A DNA stretch of 64,000 nucleotides from a virus (taxonomy: Duplodnaviria > Caudoviricetes), in the IMG/VR virus record IMGVR_UViG_3300006139_000013, positions 5,354 to 69,353 of that record. One strand, written 5' to 3'. The notes below the pieces were generated by a model. The model was not told the origin of the DNA, did no database searches, and worked only from the letters and a program-made list of their open reading frames with translations. Below, piece by piece: positions 39,176 through 48,832 of the stretch; within the stretch, counting starts at the first letter, position 1, and each line of letters begins with the position of its first letter. Made by a program: the position numbers and the translations under genes.

Positions 39176-39652
39176 ATGTGGGGTTATGTTCTGTTAGTAA
39201 TTATAGCTATAGTTCTAATTTGTGTTTTCATTTGTTTTTATATTGATTGGCAAACAGATAAAGAAATTGAAAAGGAACACAAAGAACGTGATGCGGTTGA
39301 AAATCGACTCACAGAATCTTTGAAAACGTTATGCACCCAACTTGGTATTGGCCTATCGTATCACAAAGAACTTGGTATTGCTGCTGGACGTATTCTATAT
39401 CATTCAATGAATGGGCGGCTTTTTGTTGATAATGCAAGGATTGAGATTTTAGAGAAATATGAACATAAACCGTATGTTCTTGCACATGAACTTGGACATT
39501 ATATGGCAATTAAGCAGCGACAAGATAATTCGGAGAGTGGAGCAGACCACGAAGCCGAAAAATTATGTCGGTTGATACTTAATAAGAAAGAACAAGAATT
39601 TCTTTCAATTAGTTTAAGATGTTACTTTCATGAAACGGAGGAAAATAAATGA
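39176..39652 (+). CDS. membrane-anchored HExxH metallopeptidase-like protein
   Basis: N-terminal TM; LAHELGHY; EADHEA. Confidence 0.7.
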   Translation: MWGYVLLVIIAIVLICVFICFYIDWQTDKEIEKEHKERDAVENRLTESLKTLCTQLGIGLSYHKELGIAAGRILYHSMNGRLFVDNARIEILEKYEHKPYVLAHELGHYMAIKQRQDNSESGADHEAEKLCRLILNKKEQEFLSISLRCYFHETEENK

Positions 39653-40098
39653 GTGTAGTTGTTATGTCCCGTGATGCTGCAATGCGGTATTGTAATGAGT
39701 ATCATAATAATCCAGCTATTATGATTTCAATTTCTGATCCATGCATAACTTATCCATGCGATCCATTTTGTTCAAAGAGAAATAATCTTATTGCGATTCT
39801 GCCCCTGTTTTTTACTGATGCAGATAAACCGGGGAAGGATGTGTATGATCGAGAGGTAACAGAAAATGATTTGATTACCGATGCGGATGCACAACTTATT
39901 AAGCAACTGCTAAATAAATATCCTGATACAGATGTGATTGTTCATTGTGATGCTGGTATTTCTCGTTCCTCTGGTGTAGCTGCGGCGATTCTGAAGGCAA
40001 GTACAGGTGACGATTCACAAATCTTTAATAGTCCTAAGTATAGGCCGAATATGCGCTGCTATAGGATGGTGCTGGATGAGTTAATGTCGGAGGACTGA
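39649..40098 (+). CDS. protein tyrosine/dual-specificity phosphatase-like
   Basis: HCDAGISRS (CX5R). Confidence 0.85.
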   Translation: MSVVVMSRDAAMRYCNEYHNNPAIMISISDPCITYPCDPFCSKRNNLIAILPLFFTDADKPGKDVYDREVTENDLITDADAQLIKQLLNKYPDTDVIVHCDAGISRSSGVAAAILKASTGDDSQIFNSPKYRPNMRCYRMVLDELMSED

Positions 40099-40268
40099 TA
40101 TGTATTGTGATGGTCAGTGCAAGAATTTAGACGAAAAGAAGCATAAGTGCAATTTAACTGGTGAGAAATTGTCCTATATGCGCTATGGAGGGCGTAAAAC
40201 AGGGTTTATTGTGCATGAACATAATGGTGTTTGCGTACAAGATGAAAATAAAAAGGAGGATTCTAACA

Positions 40269-41138
40269 ATGGGTAACAAAAAAGATAGTCTTGGGGATCG
40301 CATGAAGCGATATGAGAATGTATCTAAAGTGAGTTTGGTACGGCGTATGCCCGTTATTATTCGGTTGGATGGCAAGGCATTTCACACGTTTACAAGAGGG
40401 TTTATGAAGCCTTTTGATAGTCTGTTGATGCAGACCATGAATGATACTATGAAATACCTTTGCGAGAACATTCAAGGCTGCGTGATGGCCTATACACAGT
40501 TCGATGAAATTACGCTTGTCTTGATTGATTATCAGACACTTACAAGTGATGCTTGGTTTGATAATAATGTTGAAAAGATGTGTAGTATTTCAGCTTCTAT
40601 GGCTACATTGGCTTTTAATGCTGCTTGGCGCAGGAATGTTGACGCATGGGCTGCAAGTAGGATTCCCGGATGGTATGATGGTGGTACGAATGATCCTGAT
40701 AGTGTAGATCAGGCTGTTTTGAAACAAGCAGAACTGTATGTATCACGTTTTGATCGTGCGCTGTTTGATGCTCGTGCTTTTAATGTGCCGAAAGAGGAAG
40801 TTATGAACTGCTTGATTTGGCGGCAGCAGGACGCTACTCGTAATAGTATCCAGTCTGCGGGTCAGGCCCAGTTCTCACACAAGCAGCTTATGGGAAAGTC
40901 TTGCAATGAAATTCAGGATATGCTTTTTACTCAAAAGGGTATTAACTGGAATGATTATCCTACATCTTGTAAACGGGGTACGTGTTGCATTAAAAAGCCC
41001 GTAACTTTTGATGCCAGAGACAAGTCAGGGAAAGTTACAGGTATTTGTTCTCGTAATAAGTGGGTAATTGATACTGAAATTCCTATTTTCAATCGGGAGC
41101 CTAATTATATCAATTCCCGTGTATTTGTTGGTGGTTAA
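40269..41138 (+). CDS. Thg1-like tRNA-His guanylyltransferase (3'-5' polymerase)
   Basis: RLDGKAFHTFT; QFDEI; FDARAF; WRQQDATRNS; GTCCIK. Confidence 0.92.
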   Translation: MGNKKDSLGDRMKRYENVSKVSLVRRMPVIIRLDGKAFHTFTRGFMKPFDSLLMQTMNDTMKYLCENIQGCVMAYTQFDEITLVLIDYQTLTSDAWFDNNVEKMCSISASMATLAFNAAWRRNVDAWAASRIPGWYDGGTNDPDSVDQAVLKQAELYVSRFDRALFDARAFNVPKEEVMNCLIWRQQDATRNSIQSAGQAQFSHKQLMGKSCNEIQDMLFTQKGINWNDYPTSCKRGTCCIKKPVTFDARDKSGKVTGICSRNKWVIDTEIPIFNREPNYINSRVFVGG

Positions 41139-41140
41139 GT

Positions 41141-41851
41141 ATGATTTATTGTACTGGTGACATTCATGGTGATGTACGAACACTATTGAATTGGCTTGAC
41201 AAATGCCGCATTCCTCATCAAAAAGACCAGATAATTGTTTTGCTTGGTGATGTAGGAGTGAACTACTTCGGTAACTTACATGACCAAGAAGCAAAGGTTC
41301 TTTTGCAAGACAGTAATCGGACATATTTTTGTATTCATGGTAATCATGAGCGTAGGCCAGCAAGTATTGCTACATATCATTCTGATATTTGGCATGGTGG
41401 AGCAGTTTATATTGAGGATGAATATTCTAATCTTGTCTTTGCACAGGATGGTGAAGTGTTTGATCTTGAGGGGTTACAGACACTTGTACTTGGTGGAGCC
41501 TATAGTATTGATAAATGGTTTCGTTTGCAAAGTGGATACCACTGGTTTGATGATGAGCAGATACCAGAGCAGCGGCGCATAGTTATTCTGGATAAGGTAA
41601 AGCAGCTTGACAAAGTTGATCTGGTTCTGTCTCATACTTGTCCGTTTCAATGGCGACCAACTGATTTGTTCTTGTCTGACGTAGATCAAAATACTGTTGA
41701 CAATTCTATGGAACGTTGGCTTACAGAAGTTGAAAAGAACTTAAATTATCGTTATTGGCTGTTTGGACATTTTCATGATGATCGGTCAATTAATGATAAA
41801 GCGCAGATGCTTTTCAAGAATGTAATTGATTTAGAATTTTTGAAGGAGTGA
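41141..41851 (+). CDS. calcineurin-like metallophosphoesterase
   Basis: GDIHG, GDVG, GNHE, SHTCP, FGHFH. Confidence 0.88.
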   Translation: MIYCTGDIHGDVRTLLNWLDKCRIPHQKDQIIVLLGDVGVNYFGNLHDQEAKVLLQDSNRTYFCIHGNHERRPASIATYHSDIWHGGAVYIEDEYSNLVFAQDGEVFDLEGLQTLVLGGAYSIDKWFRLQSGYHWFDDEQIPEQRRIVILDKVKQLDKVDLVLSHTCPFQWRPTDLFLSDVDQNTVDNSMERWLTEVEKNLNYRYWLFGHFHDDRSINDKAQMLFKNVIDLEFLKE

Positions 41852-41855
41852 TTCA

Positions 41856-42047
41856 ATGAAATTTATATTAGGATTCTTTGTTCTTGCGTATGTATTTATG
41901 TTTTTCTATCCTAAATTCACTGTTTCAATCAATGGTGTTCCTACCGATAGCTTTACAATGAGAATTTTAGGTGCATTGGCTGTAGCGGTTTTATTGACAG
42001 TGTTTATAGGTTTGCCACTTTTGGGTGTAATTTCCATATTTACTTAA
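41856..42047 (+). CDS. small membrane protein
   Basis: Two TM segments. Confidence 0.6.
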   Translation: MKFILGFFVLAYVFMFFYPKFTVSINGVPTDSFTMRILGALAVAVLLTVFIGLPLLGVISIFT

Positions 42048-42059
42048 TGGGGTGATTTT

Positions 42060-42452
42060 ATGGGATTTGTTTTTACTGAGGATGGTAAGGAAATCATTAT
42101 TGGTGATCCTGAAAAGAATATCCAGCAAAGTTTAAATTCTATCAAACAATCTGTGGATTACCTTGTTCGAGATAATAAGGCTCTGCGCTCACAGATTAAG
42201 GAATTTAACAAGGATGCTGAAATTCAGGCCAAGGATAAGGAACTGAAATCTGTGCGAGATCATGCACTCTGCGTTATGTCTGATAAGGAAAGCAAAGCCA
42301 GACGTGCATTTATGGAACGGCATTATAAGTCTTGTGGTAATGCAGGAACATATATTTATGAACTGTCTGGCACTGGTATTGGCACAGTTATTAAGATAAA
42401 ATGTCCTATTTGTGGAGTAGAGGAAGATGTTACAGATATAGATAGCTGGTAA
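42060..42452 (+). CDS. hypothetical protein
   Basis: Coiled-coil; KCPICG. Confidence 0.65.
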   Translation: MGFVFTEDGKEIIIGDPEKNIQQSLNSIKQSVDYLVRDNKALRSQIKEFNKDAEIQAKDKELKSVRDHALCVMSDKESKARRAFMERHYKSCGNAGTYIYELSGTGIGTVIKIKCPICGVEEDVTDIDSW

Positions 42453-42464
42453 AGGAGTGATTAG

Positions 42465-43085
42465 ATGAATAAACCGTATGATTCTGGTTTAATTGTTGGA
42501 CGCTTTCAAACATTTCACAAAGGTCATCAACGGCTTGTAGAAACCGGGCTTACCTTGTGTGATAGGTTGCTTATTCTGGTTGGCTCCGCACAGGAATGTG
42601 GTACTGTTAGAAATCCTCTTAATATTCAAACACGTATTGATATGATTCGTACTGTGTACGACACAGATAGGATAATGATTTATGGTTTGAGTGATATGAC
42701 AGATGAAAATGATATTCGCCCCGAATGGGGTAGGTATCTACTTGGTAATGTAGATCGTTATTTGTATAAGGCTCCAGAACTCATGATTTATGGTAATGAT
42801 GAATCAAGAAGTCGTTGGTTTGATGTAGAGGATATAAAAGATACGTCTGAATTTATTGTGAATCGTGGCAGTTTACCTATTAGTGCTACCATGCTGCGTA
42901 CTATGATGGTTCAAGATAATCGTAAAGACTGGATGCAATGGGTTGATCCCCGGCTACATAAAATGTATGATCGTATTCGTACAGAACTGATGACCGTTTC
43001 GTATTATCAGGACATGGCTAAAATTTTTGAAACAAAATTTAAAATACCCCTTGACAATAACGGTATATTCAACTATAATAAATAA
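42465..43085 (+). CDS. NMN adenylyltransferase-like (NadM/NadR cytidylyltransferase fold)
   Basis: GRFQTFHKGH; GSAQ; NP; ISATMLR. Confidence 0.85.
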   Translation: MNKPYDSGLIVGRFQTFHKGHQRLVETGLTLCDRLLILVGSAQECGTVRNPLNIQTRIDMIRTVYDTDRIMIYGLSDMTDENDIRPEWGRYLLGNVDRYLYKAPELMIYGNDESRSRWFDVEDIKDTSEFIVNRGSLPISATMLRTMMVQDNRKDWMQWVDPRLHKMYDRIRTELMTVSYYQDMAKIFETKFKIPLDNNGIFNYNK

Positions 43086-43127
43086 TGTCAGGAGCAAGGA
43101 ACTGACAATGATCTAAAAGTGAATAAC
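43024..43127 (+). repeat. 104-bp promoter block, copy 2
   Basis: Reverse complement of 4297-4400. Confidence 0.93.
43051..43079 (+). promoter_or_regulatory. sigmaA promoter
   Basis: TTGACA-17-TATAAT. Confidence 0.9.
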
Positions 43128-43149
43128 GACATAATCAATAACTGAAAGG

Positions 43150-43821
43150 GTGCAAAATATGAACATCGAAACCAAAGCAAATGTTGGCGACACTATTTAT
43201 TTTTTGAAACGGATCAATCGTGTAACTTGTCCCTTATGTAATGGAGATGGCAAAATTATTCTTGCGCCAAAGGTAAGCGCAAGTTCGATTGGTGAGCAAA
43301 TTGTTGAGCAATTTATGAATGCTTCTATGGGTAATGTTAAAGAGTATGATTGTCCTGAGTGCGGTGGTAAGGGTACTGTAAAGGCTACTGGTCAGTCTCA
43401 ATATGAAGTTGGTAAGGGTACTGTGATTTCTATTGAGGCCACTATGAATCAGGGGCATGAAAAGGTTATTTATCGTGTTGCAGATTCTACCAGTGCTACT
43501 AACAGAACGCTTACGGATGAAAAGCTGTATCTGGATCAGGAGGCCGCTGAAAAGCAATGTAGATTTATGAATCTGGAGCGGCGTGTAATTCCTCTGGAAT
43601 GTGTGCAGATTCCTCCCTGCTTCGCCAAGACAATTCCTTGCAACGAAAAGTTGATGAAGCGTCTGAATGAGTGGCGTAGTCATCGAAAGTTTGAAACTGA
43701 GATTTATGTGGATGAGAACCTGAATTTGTTTGATGGCTATACGTCTTATCTGGTGTATCGTATGCTTGGCATTTTTGATATTCCTGTTGTGATCTGGCCT
43801 GAAGATGAAAGGAGCAAGTAA
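43150..43821 (+). CDS. DnaJ-type Zn-finger plus ParB-like C-terminus
   Basis: CPLCNGDG, CPECGGKG; LFDGYTSYL. Confidence 0.55.
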   Translation: MQNMNIETKANVGDTIYFLKRINRVTCPLCNGDGKIILAPKVSASSIGEQIVEQFMNASMGNVKEYDCPECGGKGTVKATGQSQYEVGKGTVISIEATMNQGHEKVIYRVADSTSATNRTLTDEKLYLDQEAAEKQCRFMNLERRVIPLECVQIPPCFAKTIPCNEKLMKRLNEWRSHRKFETEIYVDENLNLFDGYTSYLVYRMLGIFDIPVVIWPEDERSK

Positions 43822-43994
43822 ATGATTGCTGTTATTTTGCTTATGATTTGTGGTGCATTTTGGATTGTATCGAGTTTTATTAATAAAACAAAAAATGTGG
43901 CATCTACAATGTTTTATAACGTAGTCCCGTTTGTTACTGGCGTAATTGTATTTGGTGTTGCGCTGGGTATGCTGGGAGTGATTAATATTCCAGT

Positions 43995-44189
43995 ATGACA
44001 GATATTACAATAGGCAGTACATATTATGATAGACAGATGAATCGAATTCATGTTGTTGATATTGCAGAAAATTTTAACAACAAATCTGGTGAAAACTCGA
44101 AAGTAGTTTTATACAGAAAGAATAAAGACAAAAAGATTCTACAGTCTTTTCATGATGTACTTATATCAACATTAAAAGAAAGGAAATGA
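43995..44189 (+). CDS. hypothetical protein
   Basis: ORF in operon. Confidence 0.5.
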   Translation: MTDITIGSTYYDRQMNRIHVVDIAENFNNKSGENSKVVLYRKNKDKKILQSFHDVLISTLKERK

Positions 44190-44196
44190 TGTAACA

Positions 44197-44592
44197 ATGA
44201 AAAAGAAAATGATTGCTATTTTAATGTGTGTTGGGGTATTGGTCTGTTTGTTGTGTGGGTGTCAGCGTCAGTCAGATCGAGTTGCTTACAATATTTCAAA
44301 AGAGGCAGACAACTTTAATGTGACACGGCGATTGGAAGTTATTAATGCCCGTACTGATAAGCCTGTATTTGAGTTGATTGGCAATTTTGCTATTTCTAAC
44401 AATTCAACTAATGAACTTGAGATTACAGTTGAGGTTGGTCAGGGTGTATATAAGAAGCATATGGTTTATCTTAACCAGTGGACTATTTATGTGGTTGAAG
44501 ATGTAAGTGGAGCCTATGTTGATAAATACCATTATGAAGTGAACTTCCTGCCTGAGATGATTATTCCTGTTACTATTACAATGAATGATTGA
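44197..44592 (+). CDS. conserved phage lipoprotein
   Basis: Signal peptide ending LLCGC. Confidence 0.7.
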   Translation: MKKKMIAILMCVGVLVCLLCGCQRQSDRVAYNISKEADNFNVTRRLEVINARTDKPVFELIGNFAISNNSTNELEITVEVGQGVYKKHMVYLNQWTIYVVEDVSGAYVDKYHYEVNFLPEMIIPVTITMND

Positions 44593-44804
44593 GGTAATTT
44601 AGATGGATGATTTTCTGCATGAAATTCTGGAAAGCACTAAAAAGATGTTTCCGGGAGCAACCAGTGTGAATATTATAATCACAAACGGAGAAGTAAAAGC
44701 TACTGCATCGTATCATGGGGAACTGTCTGATTATTCTATGCAAAAGATTGATGGTACGTGGTGTAGCAAGCGTAAATAACGGAGTATTCAACAGGTGATG
44801 CGAT

Positions 44805-45086
44805 ATGGATGTAATTGAAAAGTATCTTCGTGAACATTCTGATGGTAAAGATTATCCAGTCTGTAGTAGTGAATTAGCGAAAGCATTTGGTGTTCCTCGA
44901 ACTACGATCAGGCGCATGATTAATACTGCACGTAGTAATGGTAGTCCGATTTGTTCTGGTCAAAAAGGCTATTACATTACAAATGACAAAGAGGAAATTA
45001 AAAGTACCATTGATTCTTTGCGTGGCAGAATTAGCAAGATGGAATGTACAATTACTGGCCTTGAAAAATATTTACATACTATTTGA
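44805..45086 (+). CDS. HTH DNA-binding protein
   Basis: SSELAKAFGVPRTTIRRMI; ICSGQKGYY. Confidence 0.7.
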   Translation: MDVIEKYLREHSDGKDYPVCSSELAKAFGVPRTTIRRMINTARSNGSPICSGQKGYYITNDKEEIKSTIDSLRGRISKMECTITGLEKYLHTI

Positions 45087-45100
45087 AAGGAGTATTCTGT

Positions 45101-45856
45101 ATGAAAATTTCTGATGAGATTTTGGGTATTCTTTCTCGATGTACAGTAGATGGGAATACACTATATCTTCCAGATGAGCAGCTTGATCGTAAGACCTATA
45201 CAGCCGTAAATAAGTGCCTCGTCAACATTGGAGGTAAGTGGAACCGAAAAGCTAAAGGTCATGTATTTGACCATGATCCGTCCGATGATTTGGATTCGAT
45301 GTTGTTGACTGGCGAAACTGTGGATATGAAAAAGGTCTATCAGTTCTTTCCTACGCCCAAGGAGATTGCGCAGCAGATGTGTCAAATGGCTGACCTTGAT
45401 AAGACGTGCATTGTTTTGGAGCCTTCGTGTGGGCGTGGTGATCTGGCAGACGAGATTTATGCAGTTGGTGTAGCAAATCTGCATGGAGTTGAAATCAATT
45501 CTGATATGCGTAGGTATTTGGACGATAAGCCATATACTACTGAAACTGGAGTTGATTTTCTGACATTTGCAGATATAGATGAAAACAAGAATGTGTATAC
45601 ACGCATTATTATGAATCCTCCATTTTCAAAGCATCAAGACGTGGATCATATTCTTGCAGCGTATAATCTGCTTGCTCCGGGCGGTGTGCTGGTGTCTGTT
45701 GTTAGTCCGTCCCCGTTCTTTAGAACGGATAAGAAATCTGTATTATTCCAGAACTGGATGAAGGAAGTTAATGCAGAAGTTGTTGATGTGCCAGAGGGCG
45801 CATTTAAAGAGAGTGGTACAATGATTCGTACTAAGATCATCAAAGCGTACAAGTAA
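45101..45856 (+). CDS. N6-adenine-type SAM methyltransferase
   Basis: FFPTP; LEPSCGRG; NPPF. Confidence 0.88.
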   Translation: MKISDEILGILSRCTVDGNTLYLPDEQLDRKTYTAVNKCLVNIGGKWNRKAKGHVFDHDPSDDLDSMLLTGETVDMKKVYQFFPTPKEIAQQMCQMADLDKTCIVLEPSCGRGDLADEIYAVGVANLHGVEINSDMRRYLDDKPYTTETGVDFLTFADIDENKNVYTRIIMNPPFSKHQDVDHILAAYNLLAPGGVLVSVVSPSPFFRTDKKSVLFQNWMKEVNAEVVDVPEGAFKESGTMIRTKIIKAYK

Positions 45857-45863
45857 AATAAAA

Positions 45864-45895
45864 CTCCCCTGCCACATTTATATGTGGCGGGGGAG
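45864..45895 (-). terminator. terminator hairpin for leftward immunity transcripts
   Basis: CTCCCCTGCCACAT/ATGTGGCGGGGGAG; T-rich tail on minus strand. Confidence 0.6.
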
Positions 45896-45901
45896 AGATA
45901 T

Positions 45902-45992
45902 GGCAGCGTGGCAGAGTGGCTTAATGCGGCGGTCTTGAAAACCGTTGGCGACTAATAATCGTCCGTGGGTTCGATTCCCACCGCTGCCGCCA
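45902..45992 (+). tRNA. tRNA-Ser(UGA)
   Basis: GCGGT-CTTGAAA-ACCGT; variable arm; GCCA. Confidence 0.95.
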
Positions 45993-45995
45993 TAT

Positions 45996-46087
45996 TGGAG
46001 AATGGTGGAATTGGTAGACACACCGTACTATGGAGCGGCGAAGGTAGCGCAGCCTTCTTGTAGGTTCAAGTCCTACTTCTCCAGCCA
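45996..46087 (+). tRNA. atypical class II tRNA, identity undetermined
   Basis: Acceptor, D, variable, T arms and GCCA intact; anticodon arm CCGT-ACTATGGA-GCGG. Confidence 0.7.
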
Positions 46088-46089
46088 AA

Positions 46090-46473
46090 TTATTTTTTAA
46101 GAATCAGAGTGATATTATTTGATATTTCCAACAGAATTTTATTACCGTCAAGCGTCAAATACTCAGAATGGCTATCATCGTATATCTCAATTATATCGTC
46201 TGTGACAGTATAATCCAAAGTATCATCTAAACCACTCATAGGAAACTCTGCTTTGACATGGCCTGAAGATTGAAATACCAGTTTAGTATCATTATTTGCG
46301 GCGAATGATTCTCCAATCCATTCAACCGCTGTTTCTGGTGATACTACTTCGCCGTCAATCTCATAGCTGTCAACTGTCCATGTACCAACAATAGAACTTG
46401 AGTCTGATCCGCAACCTGTTAAGGTGATAAGTATAGCCATAATTGTAAAAAGTATAATAAAAGTTCTTTTCAT
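46090..46473 (-). CDS. lipocalin-like lipoprotein
   Basis: LTGC lipobox; IVGTW. Confidence 0.75.
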   Translation of the reverse strand: MKRTFIILFTIMAILITLTGCGSDSSSIVGTWTVDSYEIDGEVVSPETAVEWIGESFAANNDTKLVFQSSGHVKAEFPMSGLDDTLDYTVTDDIIEIYDDSHSEYLTLDGNKILLEISNNITLILKK

Positions 46474-46475
46474 AC

Positions 46476-47108
46476 TTACCTCATTTCAAGACGTTGATTG
46501 ACCAATCGTTTCATGTCATTTTCCCAAGCTGTTTTTCTATGGTTACGTTTCCACTTAATATACTCATTCCAGCGCACGTTAGAAGCCTCATATGACAATC
46601 CAAAAACATCCTGAATATCAGATGCCGATTGAATATGAAGCTGCTCATATAATGGCATAGGACAAAGCAAGAGGGCCGCAAAGTAATCTGCTTCAGCCTC
46701 CAGTTCAGGATTAGAAAGTTTGTTAAAATTGTTCTCTGCGATCCGTGGTTCGGCTAAGTATGATAAGTGCTTTAGAATTACGTGACCAAGTTCATGCGCC
46801 AGAGTCCATCTAATACGACCAACAACATTATTGTTCGCCGTAGAGCCATTGAAAAGTACAAGGTATCTGTTGTTAGTTATATCATAGTGAGTACAACCAC
46901 TTTCGCTTTCACATAATTCCAGTACGTCATTGATAGAACATGAATTGATTTCAGCAAAAGTAGTATATGCCATTGTTTTACAGTTCTTGATTTGATCAAA
47001 GAATAGTTGCGGGTTCATTGGGAAACTGATTGTAGGTAAGCTGCGGTAAAGCTGTAGGACTTGGTTACAAATATAAGCATATCTAATCAAGCGTCTATCA
47101 CCTCGCAA
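46476..47108 (-). CDS. ImmA/IrrE-family metallopeptidase
   Basis: RWTLAHELGH; EAEADYFA. Confidence 0.9.
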   Translation of the reverse strand: MRGDRRLIRYAYICNQVLQLYRSLPTISFPMNPQLFFDQIKNCKTMAYTTFAEINSCSINDVLELCESESGCTHYDITNNRYLVLFNGSTANNNVVGRIRWTLAHELGHVILKHLSYLAEPRIAENNFNKLSNPELEAEADYFAALLLCPMPLYEQLHIQSASDIQDVFGLSYEASNVRWNEYIKWKRNHRKTAWENDMKRLVNQRLEMR

Positions 47109-47142
47109 TTATCATAGCATAGATAAAGTCCAATAATACGGA

Positions 47143-47496
47143 CTATTCTTCATTGTCATCTTTAAACGCATAGTCAAATCCAATACGAAGCATTTGCATC
47201 ATCCGCTGCGGATCGCCTTTGACCATTTTTGACTTTGCTCGTTGGATAGAAATAATATCTGGATCACCACAAATTTCATCCGCTGATGTAGGAATTTCAG
47301 TCAGGCCAAGCAGATAATCGACAGTGACTCCAAAATATTGTGCTATTGCTTTAATCTTATCTACTCCGGGCGTACTGGTAGCTTTCCATTTTTTGATTGT
47401 AGAATTTGAAAATCCACAATCACTTTCCAGACGTGCTATACTGATTTTTCTATCTTCGCACAGTTTTTGAATGCGGTCATATAAACCCATTTCCAT
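47143..47496 (-). CDS. Xre-family HTH repressor (ImmR-like)
   Basis: RIQKLC...SIARLE...IAQYFGVTVDYLLG. Confidence 0.9.
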   Translation of the reverse strand: MEMGLYDRIQKLCEDRKISIARLESDCGFSNSTIKKWKATSTPGVDKIKAIAQYFGVTVDYLLGLTEIPTSADEICGDPDIISIQRAKSKMVKGDPQRMMQMLRIGFDYAFKDDNEE

Positions 47497-47514
47497 AAAA
47501 TTTCCCCTCCACTT

Positions 47515-47631
47515 AGAATATTATCTCATTTTATGCTTGACATTGAGAAAGCTATCTGATATAGTATGACCGTGGGCTGAGAAAATTATCTCTGCACCGC
47601 CCATTATACGGTAAATAATCTAATTTGTCAA
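47515..47631. promoter_or_regulatory. face-to-face promoters with AGA-N4-TATCT operator repeats
   Basis: + TTGACA-17-TATAGT 47537-47565; - TTGACA-17-TATAAT 47631-47603; repeats at 47515, 47546, 47580. Confidence 0.8.
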
Positions 47632-47645
47632 TATAGAATAGGAGT

Positions 47646-48371
47646 GTGATCGAGTTGCATATCAAAGCTGATCCTGTAAGCAATGTAAAGATGCTTTCTT
47701 TGCTTTCTCTGTTGAGTAAGTACGACCTTTTCCATATTTCAGCCGATAATGGTCGTGAATTTAATGCGACAGAAATTGTTGGTGATAATGCAGGGTATAT
47801 GGAATTTAAACGGCTTTTTGCTAATTCGGTTCATTCCAATGGTTATGTAGTAGATATTCAGGCCATAAGTGAAATTGAGTTTATTTGCAAAACATCTTCT
47901 GTTGTATATCACATTTCCGCCTTACATACGAAGCAGCAAGATTCTATTATCAGAGAACGAAAAATATGGAAAGAAATTTCTGATCTAATGTGTGTAGATT
48001 ACTTTGGTGATCGTTTAATCAGCTATGTGAAAGAATTAGATATGCTGATATTGGTAGTTGATCCATCGCTGCTGGGTGAGTTACATCCTATGGAACAGCG
48101 GCAAATTCAACACATCATCAATGTTTATTTAAATGGCTATTCTGATTCCATGCAAATGAGCCGTACTGTGTGTTTCCAGATTAAATTACATGACGGACGC
48201 AATAGAATTTATGCGGGAGTATATGATTTGGAAGGCCAGAATTCAATAACCAGTATTCCTATTTATGATGACCGGGACAAAGAAATAATTGCTGATGATC
48301 TCTACAATAAAGCACAGGAGGTATTGAAATATGCAAAAGAGATGGCAGCAAAATTTTCCTTTCAAAACTAA
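47646..48371 (+). CDS. hypothetical protein
   Basis: 241 aa; AGGAG RBS, GTG start. Confidence 0.7.
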   Translation: MIELHIKADPVSNVKMLSLLSLLSKYDLFHISADNGREFNATEIVGDNAGYMEFKRLFANSVHSNGYVVDIQAISEIEFICKTSSVVYHISALHTKQQDSIIRERKIWKEISDLMCVDYFGDRLISYVKELDMLILVVDPSLLGELHPMEQRQIQHIINVYLNGYSDSMQMSRTVCFQIKLHDGRNRIYAGVYDLEGQNSITSIPIYDDRDKEIIADDLYNKAQEVLKYAKEMAAKFSFQN

Positions 48372-48380
48372 AGATTGTGC

Positions 48381-48409
48381 TTGACATTTGTGGTCAAGCA
48401 TGATAGTAT
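48381..48409 (+). promoter_or_regulatory. promoter of mazF-like gene
   Basis: TTGACA-17-TAGTAT with extended TG. Confidence 0.7.
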
Positions 48410-48455
48410 AATAACAGGTTATTCAATAATAGATATAGATAGGGGGGGTGCTGAT

Positions 48456-48809
48456 ATGAGGACTATAAAAAGAGGCGATATTTTCTATGCTGATTTAAGT
48501 CCAGCCATAGGAAGTGAGCAGGGTGGCACAAGGCCAGTTTTGATAGTTCAAAATGATGTAGGAAATTATCATAGTCCAACAGTAATTGTTGCTATTTTAA
48601 CATCCAAATCAAAGAAAAAACTTCCTACTCATATCAGCATTCATTCAGGTGAAGGTAATATTACAATGGATTCTACGGTTTTACTGGAGCAAATACGAAC
48701 GATTGATAAGTTTCGGCTACAAAAATATGTTGGTAGCGTTTCCGATGATACAATGGATCGTGTTGACCGGGCCATGCTGATAAGTCTTGGCCTCAGTAAT
48801 TCGGCATAA
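48456..48809 (+). CDS. mazF: MazF/PemK-family endoribonuclease
   Basis: RGDIFYADL...GSEQGGTRPVLIVQND...PTVIVA...LLEQIRTIDK. Confidence 0.93.
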   Translation: MRTIKRGDIFYADLSPAIGSEQGGTRPVLIVQNDVGNYHSPTVIVAILTSKSKKKLPTHISIHSGEGNITMDSTVLLEQIRTIDKFRLQKYVGSVSDDTMDRVDRAMLISLGLSNSA

Positions 48810-48832
48810 TAACAGTTTATTCAAAAAACATC

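Noticed and set aside
46024-46040. Amber suppressor (CUA) and stop-codon recoding
   Set aside because: A CTA-centred loop gives no anticodon stem, and long genes are intact in the standard code.
47646-48371. MazE antitoxin for mazF
   Set aside because: 241 aa, no RHH/AbrB features, and separated from mazF by a promoter.
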